Origin: a virus
Lineage: Duplodnaviria; Caudoviricetes
DNA length: 64,000 nt
Strand: one strand, 5' to 3'
Virus record (IMG/VR): IMGVR_UViG_3300014206_000007
Span: 128,001 to 192,000 of that record
Both the position numbers and the translations under genes were made by a program. The notes under the pieces were generated by a model. That model did not search any database, was not told where the DNA came from, and saw only the letters and a list, made by a program, of their open reading frames with translations. This document shows, piece after piece, positions 48,063 to 56,985 of the stretch (position 1 is the stretch's first letter; each line of letters opens with the position of its first letter).

Positions 48063-49475
48063 TTACTCCTCATTATCTGATGGAGAAGCAGATGTATGAA
48101 TATCTACCTCAGCATTACCTTTCAATTCCACTTCACTTGATACTCCGCCAATATAAACAGCTCCGGTTTCGATATTCACTGCTGGTTCTTTAGGAGCTCT
48201 TGGACGCCTTGGTTGAGAATTTATCATTGAAATCATTTGTTCTCTTGTATACGGTCCATCGTCTTCGATTATTTCATAATCACTTGGCATAAATGGACCA
48301 TCTTCCTGATTTACTCTTTTAAGAGTTTCTTCATACTGCGGTCTTCTGCTATCAGCATAAAATTCTTCTTCTTCATCGTCATCTTCTTCAACAGTTGCTT
48401 CGCTAATAAATTTGACAATCTTATCCTGATCTTCAGCTAAACGAGATATAACTCTTTCCATAGTACCCATACTTTTCTTTAAATTAGTAAGTTCTCTTTG
48501 AGTTTTATCATCGCATATTACGGGTGCTACTGGAGTTCTTGTTGGTGCGGGAGCTTTCATATCTGATACTTTTCTATTTTTTAGATAGTTTTCAATTACG
48601 TAAGCATCTGATTGATTTATTCCAGTTTGTGTATTTGCTACCTGTTGTACAAATGATGCTAATTTTGAATAATTGTCACTCATAATATCTAGACGGCTAA
48701 TGATATCATCTTTATCATAACGATCTAAATCATCGTCATCATCATCTTCGTCGTCCTCGTCATCATCATCGTAAAACTCATCATCGTCATCTATAAATCG
48801 AGGTGAAGGTTTTACCTTTTTTTTTGACTTTTTTGATAAATGTTTTTCCATGTATGATGATAATTCGTCATCATCGTCCTCGTCATCATCATAAAAATCA
48901 TAGTCTTTGCTTAACGCCTTTGAAATAAATATATCGTCGTCATCGTCATCATAGAAACCGCCGCCGATTCCATTGTATTTACGATTTACCAAACTATTTA
49001 AAGCTGAATATTTCTTCTTATATTGTTTTTTCCTTGAGACAATATTCAATTGCTTTCTAAGTTTCTTGATTGCATCCTTATAAAGTTCTTTGATATATTC
49101 GTATTCTTTCAATTGATCTTTGTCTTTTTTCTTACCCTTTTTCTGAGCTTTCTTGAAGTTTCTTTCAAGTTCAGTAATTCTAGCATCAATCTGCACAAGT
49201 TCATCTATGCTTGAATAAATACTAGGAGTATTTGTCATTTTGATTAATTGATCAATTCCGAAATCTACAAATAATGCCAGATGCTCTTTATTGCTTCTGC
49301 AATCATTTATTCTTGATACAAGATGCTTATATCCATAAACATCATAAATTACATTATCCACATTCTCAATGTAGATAAGTTGACCATATGAATCTATTAC
49401 TAGATTCTTAATCTTTTTCATAATGAACTTAATCATTACTATAGATTTTTCTGTTATATCATTTTTATTGATCAT
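48063..49475 (-). CDS. Hypothetical protein with basic coiled coil and poly-Asp tracts
   Basis: 470-aa ORF with low-complexity acidic runs. Confidence 0.8.
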   Translation of the reverse strand: MINKNDITEKSIVMIKFIMKKIKNLVIDSYGQLIYIENVDNVIYDVYGYKHLVSRINDCRSNKEHLALFVDFGIDQLIKMTNTPSIYSSIDELVQIDARITELERNFKKAQKKGKKKDKDQLKEYEYIKELYKDAIKKLRKQLNIVSRKKQYKKKYSALNSLVNRKYNGIGGGFYDDDDDDIFISKALSKDYDFYDDDEDDDDELSSYMEKHLSKKSKKKVKPSPRFIDDDDEFYDDDDEDDEDDDDDDLDRYDKDDIISRLDIMSDNYSKLASFVQQVANTQTGINQSDAYVIENYLKNRKVSDMKAPAPTRTPVAPVICDDKTQRELTNLKKSMGTMERVISRLAEDQDKIVKFISEATVEEDDDEEEEFYADSRRPQYEETLKRVNQEDGPFMPSDYEIIEDDGPYTREQMISMINSQPRRPRAPKEPAVNIETGAVYIGGVSSEVELKGNAEVDIHTSASPSDNEE

Positions 49476-49505
49476 ATCTTATTTCACATCCTTTTTTAGT
49501 TTAAT

Positions 49506-50006
49506 TTAAAAATCATCATCGTCGTCATCGTCAAAGTCGTCGGCATCTTCATCAAATAATTCTTCTTCATCTTCTTCTTCCAAATCAAAATTATCGATAG
49601 TTGGAGATAGATTTTCAAGATCAGCATCAGACCAGCCAGTTTCTTCTTCAATAACTCTTATTAATGTCTTATACAAGAATTCGTCAATTGTACTTAATTT
49701 CAATGTAAGTACTTTTTCAATTATGTCATCTTTGCGATTCTGAAGTTTCCATTTTAATGAATCTGGAGCACTTTCGAGTATCTTGTCATATGCTTTCTTG
49801 AGATACTGCTCGTCGAAATAGTTAATAGGATTGTATCCTAGGGTCTTATCATAAACTTCGCCCATCTCACTTCTATCATCTGATGGATTCATAAGTTTTA
49901 ATAGATAATCAACATCTCTTTCAGACTCTGCTGTAACAGTTCTCATTAGGTAATCCCAAAAAGGTCTACCTTTCAATTGATCTAAACTCTTCATTTTGTC
50001 TAGCAT
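49506..50006 (-). CDS. Hypothetical protein with very acidic C-terminal tail
   Basis: Start moved to MLDKMK behind GAAGGGAG. Ends ...DDDDDDF. Confidence 0.75.
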   Translation of the reverse strand: MLDKMKSLDQLKGRPFWDYLMRTVTAESERDVDYLLKLMNPSDDRSEMGEVYDKTLGYNPINYFDEQYLKKAYDKILESAPDSLKWKLQNRKDDIIEKVLTLKLSTIDEFLYKTLIRVIEEETGWSDADLENLSPTIDNFDLEEEDEEELFDEDADDFDDDDDDDF

Positions 50007-50243
50007 ATTTTTTATTTCTCCCTTCAAAATTTTAATAAATTTGTGTTAGTTGTTACATATATCATTGTATAAATATGATTTTTTATTTACTAATACTATA
50101 CAGATTCTAGTCCGCTACGAATATTCTAAAACCTGCTCGTTTTACCCTTTATCTGTAGTAATAATATATATCTATTTTTGATAATAAATAATGATTTTTC
50201 TCTATAAAATGAGATAAAAAGACATATAATTTTTATATACAAA

Positions 50244-50255
50244 AACATTCTGTTA
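50244..50255 (+). promoter_or_regulatory. Late-type phage promoter AACA-N6-TA
   Basis: AACA-TTCTGT-TA upstream of the RNAP gene. Confidence 0.6.
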
Positions 50256-50301
50256 ATTATAGGTAAAGATAATATTAAAATAATTAAGGATGGTGATATA
50301 A

Positions 50302-53300
50302 ATGCTTTACGATCAAATCGTACCAATGCGATTATATAATAATCAAACAAAATTACTACTACCTCGTGGGGATAAAGTAGGGTTTTTTAATGCAATATTT
50401 ATGCTATCAAAAAATCAAAATTTTACATTAAATATAATGAATACAGAGTTTTTTGGAGATAGGGAATCATATTATAAATACTATTATATCGAATCGATAT
50501 ATAAGACAAAAATCGGTCCAAAGAATGTCATCCAAAATAAAAAGAAAGAAGTTATTGATAACTTCACAGCTATGAAATTTGCGGATCATATAAAATTCGT
50601 TCCGTATAGTTCAAGAAAAACGCATTTTTCAAAAGGTTTTAATACGATAATTGACTTAGGAAAATGGCATGAATTATTTTTCCAATACATAATTAAAACT
50701 ACTCCTAAGTTTGTATGTGAAAGTTACATTAATTACTTAATGTCAAGAGTAAATGAATCATTCTTCAATGAATATGAAAAAGTTCTTTTCATTGATTTAT
50801 ATGATTGGATTGGTAATACTAAAGAAGGAGAAAAGGCAATAAAAATTAGTTCTAAATCTCTAGATAACCCAATAAATATTATACTATATACATTATATAA
50901 ATTTCCAGAGTTAGTTTTAACTTTAGGTAAATTAGATGTTATAATAGCCGATTCTAAATCTAATCAGTTTTTAAAGATTCCAAGTTCTAAATTGAATAAA
51001 CTTAATATTCAGAAAATAAAAACATTATTAACACAATTTGATGGACTGGAATTTATTGAAGAAGAGTTAGAAGCTCAAATTGACCCAAATACCGCATCTG
51101 TTAATAAAATAGTAAATAAAATTATACCAACTTCTTCTAAAGATGAGATTGAAAAAAGAAAAATGAATATTATTAATTCATTAAAGCATAATCTTGTAGG
51201 AGATATTGATGATATTTCTGATGAAGTTATTGATGACCAGCATAATACTGATTCAATAAAACTCGAAGATGATGATGAAGATCAATTAATAACTAAGACG
51301 GCAAATGATTACCTTGATGAGAATCAAGAATTATTATCTGGTGTAGATGATAAAGATGTATTGAAAGAACTTGAAGAGTTCATCAAGAAAAGAGTTTATG
51401 TAGCAAAAATACTTCCAACTAAATCTCCAAAAGAAATGGAACGAATTCAAGAGCTTCAAGATATACAGAAAAGTGTAATTGGATTACCATCTTTTGAAGA
51501 TTTAAAAAGCAAAATGGTTGATGAAACAGATTTTTCAGATTTTGTTACTACGGCAAATCCTAACATAGTAAAATCATCATATGTTAATTTCGATAAAAAC
51601 TATAACCAAAAGAAATTAGAAAAGGATATAGATAATTCCGTCGGAATATTAAGTAGAGCTATGCATGGTATTTACATTACTGATAAAACTGAAGAAGATG
51701 CATCAGACCAATTGAATTTGAAGAAGACAGTAACTTACTCATTAGAAGATGAACGTGGAAAGAAAATGGCTCTTAAATTTGATATTCCTATAATATTAGA
51801 AGATAAATATCTTTATATTAACGGATCAAAAAAGACCATTCAACATCAGCTAATTTTAAAACCTTTAGTTAAAACTTCTCCAAATACAGTTCAGATAGTT
51901 TCATTCTACAATAAAATCTTTATTGAAAGAAAGGGTGATACAGAATTAATTGCTTCATCTTTGAAAAAGTTTTTATTGAAAAATTCAGAAGAATTTAAAC
52001 TTAAATTTGGAAATGCATTAGTTAAAAATAATGAATATCGAACTTCACTTGAATTCGATATATTAGCAAAAAATATATATAGCTTTACAATTGGCCAAAA
52101 TGTATTTATTACAGATATAAATGACCTCCATTCTATATTAACTAAAAATAATATTCCATTTGATAAAATAGACCAAAAGAAATATTTTATTACTGGGTAT
52201 AATAAAAAGACAAAAGAAGTCTTATATATTGACAAGAAAACTGACTATAGTGAGCACATTATGTCATTTATGTCAGACTCAGATAAGAGCCAATTAGCAA
52301 ATCAAAAAGTTGGTAAGAGACTTATGTATGCTCAATGTACAATAATGGAAAAACATATTCCACTAATATTATTTATGTTATTCTGTGATGGTTTTAAATC
52401 AGTTATGGAAAAATCAAATGTTGAATATAAAATAATTGATAAAAATGAAGCAGAAAAATATGATAAATTTGTATATGGAGTAACTCAATTAGCTGATAAA
52501 GCTATATTATGGAAAAGATATCCATTACAAAATTCATTATTGATGAATGGATTGCAACCTCTTCAAATGGAATTATATTCATCAGAAGAGCTAGAAAGTA
52601 AAGAAACTTATATCTATTTATTATCACAATATTATGCATATGCAAATATGGCATTTAACTTAGATCAGTATAAAGACTTTATGATTGATGATGTTACTAA
52701 AGAAATTTTAATGGACTTCAATCTCCCAACTGATTTAGTATCACTATTGGCATATTCAGCAACATTATTGTCTGATAATGAGTATATACCAGAAAATGAT
52801 TTAAATAATATGAGAATTCGTAGCAATGAATTAATACCTTTCCATATTTATAATACAGTAGTAAAAGCATATAATTCTTATAGAAAGACACAACATAAAA
52901 AGAATCCTACTAAAATATCAGTTAAGCAAGATGCTGTTATTTCAGCAATAATGGAATCAAAATTAATTGAAGAGCATTCTGTTTTAAATCCTGTCTTGGA
53001 ATTAGAGAAAAATAGAGCAGTTACTTATAAAGGAGATAGAGGTATTAACTTAGAGAAAGCTATGACAATTTCAAAGCGTGGTTATGATGAGTCTATGCTT
53101 GGAATATTAGGTATATCTACTAGTACCGATGCAAACGTTGGTATTGTAAGACAGTTAACATTAGAGCCTAATATAACTTCAACTAGAGGATATATTCAAA
53201 CCACTGGTTTAAAAAATGTTGATAAATTAAATTCCGCTAATCTATTAACACCTGCTGAATTATTGACTCCTCTTGGAGTCCAACATGATGACCCAACGCG

Positions 53301-54495
53301 TACATCAATGGCATATAAGCAATCAAAATATATGCTCATGATTGAAGATTCAGACCCTGTTATGATTGGTAATAAAGTAGAATCAATTGTTCCATATCAT
53401 ATGTCAGATGAATTTACTATTGTCTCAGACGATAATGGTAAAGTTATTGATGTTGATAATGGACTAATAGTTATCCAATATAACAATGGAGCATATAAAA
53501 CTATTGATACTAATCCACAAGTTAAGAAAAATTCATCTTCAGGTTTCTATGTTAAGAATACATTAACATGTGAATTAAAACTGAATGATAAAGTAAAAAA
53601 AGGCCAAATATTGGCATATAATAAAAATGCATTTAAACGAGGTTTCGATAACGATGATGTATCAATGAATTTAGGAGCATTAGCTAAAGTAGCATGTGTT
53701 CCAAACTGGGATATATTTGAAGATAGTAAACCTATAACAAAATCATTATCTGAAAGAATGGCATCTGTTATGCTTTCTGAAAAAGAAGTAGCTTTAAGCA
53801 AAAATTCATATGTAGACTTTATGGTTAATATCGGTGACCATGTAAATACTGGAGACGTATTAATAAAATTTGATAGTGCTCATGATGACCCATTTGCTGC
53901 CGCTTTTCTAGATGCAATAAGAGAAGACCAGAAAGAAGATATAATTGCAGATAATATTACAACTATAGCATCAAAATTTACAGGTGTAGTTGCAGATATC
54001 AAAATATACTGCACAGTTGACCCAAATGAACTAAGTCCATCATTAGAGAAAATCGTAAAATCATATTATCGTAGAGTAAATAAGAAAATTAATATACTAG
54101 ATAAATATTCTAATGAAGGAGATAGTAGTTATTATAAGAGTGGTAATTTAATAACTGAAGTTCCAGAAAAGATTACCCCAAATATACAAGGAAAGATAAG
54201 AGGAACAAAAGTTGATGAAGGAGTATTAGTTGTATTCTACATTGAATATAAGGATTTAATGAGTAAAGGAGATAAATCATGTTCTGAATTTGCATTGAAA
54301 GGTATAGTATCTCATGTAATTGAGGAAGGATTAGAACCTTATTCTGAATTTAGACCTGAGGAAGAAATATCTACATTTGTAGCTCCTTTGGCAGTATCAG
54401 CAAGAAAGACTCCGTCATTATTTTTAGCAATGTTTGGTAATAAACTTCTTATTGAAGCTAAGAATCAGTTAAGAGAAATTTATTACGAAGAATAG
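50302..54495 (+). CDS. Phage multisubunit RNA polymerase beta subunit (N-terminal/major part, probably virion RNAP, phiKZ gp178-like)
   Basis: YLYINGSKK, TSTDANVGIVRQL, QHDDPTRTSMAYKQ, DIFEDS, GDKSCSEFALKGIVS and APLAVSARK align with the RpoB motifs. It ends before the RpoB C-terminal region. Confidence 0.92.
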   Translation: MLYDQIVPMRLYNNQTKLLLPRGDKVGFFNAIFMLSKNQNFTLNIMNTEFFGDRESYYKYYYIESIYKTKIGPKNVIQNKKKEVIDNFTAMKFADHIKFVPYSSRKTHFSKGFNTIIDLGKWHELFFQYIIKTTPKFVCESYINYLMSRVNESFFNEYEKVLFIDLYDWIGNTKEGEKAIKISSKSLDNPINIILYTLYKFPELVLTLGKLDVIIADSKSNQFLKIPSSKLNKLNIQKIKTLLTQFDGLEFIEEELEAQIDPNTASVNKIVNKIIPTSSKDEIEKRKMNIINSLKHNLVGDIDDISDEVIDDQHNTDSIKLEDDDEDQLITKTANDYLDENQELLSGVDDKDVLKELEEFIKKRVYVAKILPTKSPKEMERIQELQDIQKSVIGLPSFEDLKSKMVDETDFSDFVTTANPNIVKSSYVNFDKNYNQKKLEKDIDNSVGILSRAMHGIYITDKTEEDASDQLNLKKTVTYSLEDERGKKMALKFDIPIILEDKYLYINGSKKTIQHQLILKPLVKTSPNTVQIVSFYNKIFIERKGDTELIASSLKKFLLKNSEEFKLKFGNALVKNNEYRTSLEFDILAKNIYSFTIGQNVFITDINDLHSILTKNNIPFDKIDQKKYFITGYNKKTKEVLYIDKKTDYSEHIMSFMSDSDKSQLANQKVGKRLMYAQCTIMEKHIPLILFMLFCDGFKSVMEKSNVEYKIIDKNEAEKYDKFVYGVTQLADKAILWKRYPLQNSLLMNGLQPLQMELYSSEELESKETYIYLLSQYYAYANMAFNLDQYKDFMIDDVTKEILMDFNLPTDLVSLLAYSATLLSDNEYIPENDLNNMRIRSNELIPFHIYNTVVKAYNSYRKTQHKKNPTKISVKQDAVISAIMESKLIEEHSVLNPVLELEKNRAVTYKGDRGINLEKAMTISKRGYDESMLGILGISTSTDANVGIVRQLTLEPNITSTRGYIQTTGLKNVDKLNSANLLTPAELLTPLGVQHDDPTRTSMAYKQSKYMLMIEDSDPVMIGNKVESIVPYHMSDEFTIVSDDNGKVIDVDNGLIVIQYNNGAYKTIDTNPQVKKNSSSGFYVKNTLTCELKLNDKVKKGQILAYNKNAFKRGFDNDDVSMNLGALAKVACVPNWDIFEDSKPITKSLSERMASVMLSEKEVALSKNSYVDFMVNIGDHVNTGDVLIKFDSAHDDPFAAAFLDAIREDQKEDIIADNITTIASKFTGVVADIKIYCTVDPNELSPSLEKIVKSYYRRVNKKINILDKYSNEGDSSYYKSGNLITEVPEKITPNIQGKIRGTKVDEGVLVVFYIEYKDLMSKGDKSCSEFALKGIVSHVIEEGLEPYSEFRPEEEISTFVAPLAVSARKTPSLFLAMFGNKLLIEAKNQLREIYYEE

Positions 54496-54496
54496 A

Positions 54497-54538
54497 AAAG
54501 AATGGATATTGTAGAAAAAATCTACAATATCCATTCTT
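54497..54538. terminator. Bidirectional terminator
   Basis: aagaatggatattgtaga / tctacaatatccattctt. Confidence 0.9.
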
Positions 54539-54674
54539 GATTTATTTAAAGACCTCGACTTGTTATAATAAACATTCAGGTTGGGAGTGTATCCGTTTTA
54601 ATAATAATATAAATAAAAGATATTATTTTAAAAAGCGCGAATACTCATATGCTTTATTATAAGTCGAGATCATT
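54497..54674 (-). ncRNA. Putative about 180-nt rod-shaped ncRNA, convergent with the RNAP gene
   Basis: AACA-TAAGAA-TA at 54674..54685. Rod 54551-54671 with GAUCUCGACUU/AAGUCGAGGUC, AUAAUAAA/UUUAUUAU, GAGU/ACUC, AUUCG/CGGAU and AAUAAUAU/AUAUUAUU. Confidence 0.6.
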
Positions 54675-55131
54675 ATTCTTATGTTATGTAAAATTTTACA
54701 AAAATATTCAAAATATGCTATAATTCATTTTGCTCGATATTTAATAGTCAAAAAATAGTAAAAAAAATCAATCGAAATTTTAATGATATATTTATTATAT
54801 AAATAAATTTAGTATAATTTAAATAAAAAATAAAAAATTTAATATAAGAAATAATATAAAAGATTTTTGTAATTAAGTATAAATATTTAACAGTATATGA
54901 TATCTAAAATAAATTAAAATGAAAAATTGTAATAACATAATATGTTTTATATGTAAAAAGAATAATATAAATAAATTAAGAAATAATTAGAAAAAATAAT
55001 ATCCTTAATAAAAAATAAATATATCTTTGATGTATTAAAGTCGGAATTTTTCTTTTTTCCTATCTCCCTTCAAATAAAAACTTTTAAATAATATATTATA
55101 ATTATAGTATATTAAATAAAGGAGAGATAAT

Positions 55132-55398
55132 ATGAAAAAAATAATAAATATGAGAGAATTAAGAAAAGATAAAACTCTTGAGGATATGAAAGATTTATTT
55201 AAATATAATCAAGAAAAAACTTTTAACTCATTAGGACAATTAATAAAGATATCTGATAATTATGGTGGAGAAGTTAATTATGAGTATGATTCCAATGGCA
55301 ACAATATTAAAATTGAATATCATACAGGAAAAATAATTCTAATGACTTATGATGAAAATAATGTAATGATATCTAAAAAAGAAATATTGAAGGAGTAA
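55132..55398 (+). CDS. Small YD-repeat-like protein
   Basis: FNSLGQLI, YEYDSNGN and TYDENN repeats. AAGGAG RBS. Confidence 0.65.
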   Translation: MKKIINMRELRKDKTLEDMKDLFKYNQEKTFNSLGQLIKISDNYGGEVNYEYDSNGNNIKIEYHTGKIILMTYDENNVMISKKEILKE

Positions 55399-55614
55399 TA
55401 AAATGATTAAAGAAATAATTATGGTATTTATTTCATTTGGAATTGCATTATCAATTGTAAATAAATCAATATTTTTTATTCATAATACCCAATTATAATT
55501 AATATTATATATCTTATCATGCTTAATCATGGGAATAGAAATATACATGTTAAAATATATCTGGAAATACATACTTATTTTATTAAAAAATATGAAAGAA
55601 TAGAGGATAAATTA

Positions 55615-55872
55615 ATGGCAGGTCTAACTAAATTAGATATAATAAAATTATATCTTACCCATCTGATATCATTATTTATAGCTTCATTAATAATCGAAAT
55701 AATTGAAACTCGTTCATTTGGCTTTTTACATTATGGCTTATCTCAATGGAAATTATTATTATTTGTATGCATAATGTGGTCAGCTATATCAACAATGATT
55801 GTTATTTCATTTCGTAGCATTAAAAAAGAACTTAAAGATATTAAAGAAATTGATAAAAAAATAAATAAATAA
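55615..55872 (+). CDS. Two-TM membrane protein
   Basis: Start moved to MAGLTKLD behind GAGGA. Confidence 0.65.
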   Translation: MAGLTKLDIIKLYLTHLISLFIASLIIEIIETRSFGFLHYGLSQWKLLLFVCIMWSAISTMIVISFRSIKKELKDIKEIDKKINK

Positions 55873-55893
55873 TTTTATAAATGGAGGATTTAT

Positions 55894-56154
55894 ATGAATA
55901 ATAAAGTTATAATTTACAGTGGACCAGTATGTGCATTCTGTGCATCATTAAAGGATTATCTAGAAAATAGAGATATCCCTTATGAAGAAAAAGATACAAG
56001 TGACCCAGTTAATAAGAAAGAATTAATAAGTATGGGATACATGGGTGTCCCAGTAATAAAATTTGGTGAAGAAGTTCATCAAGGCTTTAGTAATAAAGAA
56101 GATAGGGAATGGGTGCAGGAACATATCGTCAATGCAATAAATGGAGGCAAATAA
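55894..56154 (+). CDS. Glutaredoxin / NrdH-like redoxin
   Basis: VIIYS.P.CAFC, YL....IPYEEKD, GVPVI, GF. Confidence 0.88.
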   Translation: MNNKVIIYSGPVCAFCASLKDYLENRDIPYEEKDTSDPVNKKELISMGYMGVPVIKFGEEVHQGFSNKEDREWVQEHIVNAINGGK

Positions 56155-56156
56155 TA

Positions 56157-56429
56157 ATGAATATTAATGAAATTGCAGGAAAGGATCTAGATGAAAGATA
56201 TATAAATCTTGTAAAGAAAAGAGAATGCTTTAAGAAATTAAAAGAATCTAAAAAGGAACTAACTCGTTATTCCACATTTGTATGCCCAAGAACTCATAAG
56301 ATATTCTCAGTAGTAAATAAGAAGGATATAGATACTGAATTTGAATTAATATCATTATGTGATAGGGAATGCAATTTAGATAGTAAAGATTTGAATCTTC
56401 AGAAACCACCAGATATTTATAGGTACTAA
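56157..56429 (+). CDS. Hypothetical protein
   Basis: Start moved to MNINEIAG behind GGAGG. Confidence 0.65.
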   Translation: MNINEIAGKDLDERYINLVKKRECFKKLKESKKELTRYSTFVCPRTHKIFSVVNKKDIDTEFELISLCDRECNLDSKDLNLQKPPDIYRY

Positions 56430-56552
56430 AATAACATATAAAAAAAGATAATAGAAAAATATTATCTTTTTTTATAAAACGTTTTATGATATAATTTACG
56501 TATATATTATTTTAGTATAAATATAATAAAAATTATTCTATGGAGGTTTAAA

Positions 56553-56957
56553 ATGAGTTTAGGAGATATACTTGGTGGAATGCTTTATGTTGCAGGTGCA
56601 ATGGCTGCACAAGAAGTGGAAAATGAAAAATCTAATAGAGAGATAGAAAAAATAAATGTTGCTCTTAGAGAAGAATTTGGAAATAAAAATATTGTAGATA
56701 TACTAAATGGATATCTATCTAGTAGTCAAAAAGAGTTGTTATTAAAAGCATTAGAAGCACATGAAATATATCCAGCACAGACTAAGGATATTATGAATGA
56801 TATTGATGCTGGTTGGACTGCTGACGATATTGCAAAATTTGACAAAAAATATTATTTATATTCAAACGATCCCGATTATATAGCTAGTATATTATCTCAT
56901 ATACCTAGATATAAAACATTTGCAAGATATAAAGCTTATAAAAAATTAGGAATTTAA
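56553..56957 (+). CDS. Hypothetical protein (early-type promoter)
   Basis: GGAGG RBS and TATATATTAT at 56501. Confidence 0.75.
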   Translation: MSLGDILGGMLYVAGAMAAQEVENEKSNREIEKINVALREEFGNKNIVDILNGYLSSSQKELLLKALEAHEIYPAQTKDIMNDIDAGWTADDIAKFDKKYYLYSNDPDYIASILSHIPRYKTFARYKAYKKLGI

Positions 56958-56985
56958 TAATATTCTATGGAGGAATAGAAAATGA
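56955..56985 (+). repeat. 31-bp intergenic RBS module, copy 1
   Basis: taataatattctatggaggaatagaaaatga, identical at 57461..57491, with a partial copy at about 56534. Confidence 0.9.

Noticed and set aside
48730-49580. (tca/tcg)n trinucleotide runs
   Set aside because: They encode poly-Asp tracts. They are not a CRISPR array or a DNA-level repeat element.
50090-50160. c-di-GMP-I riboswitch (GGGUAAAAC resembles GGCAAAC)
   Set aside because: Lacks the GNRA tetraloop/receptor and the P2-P3 layout.
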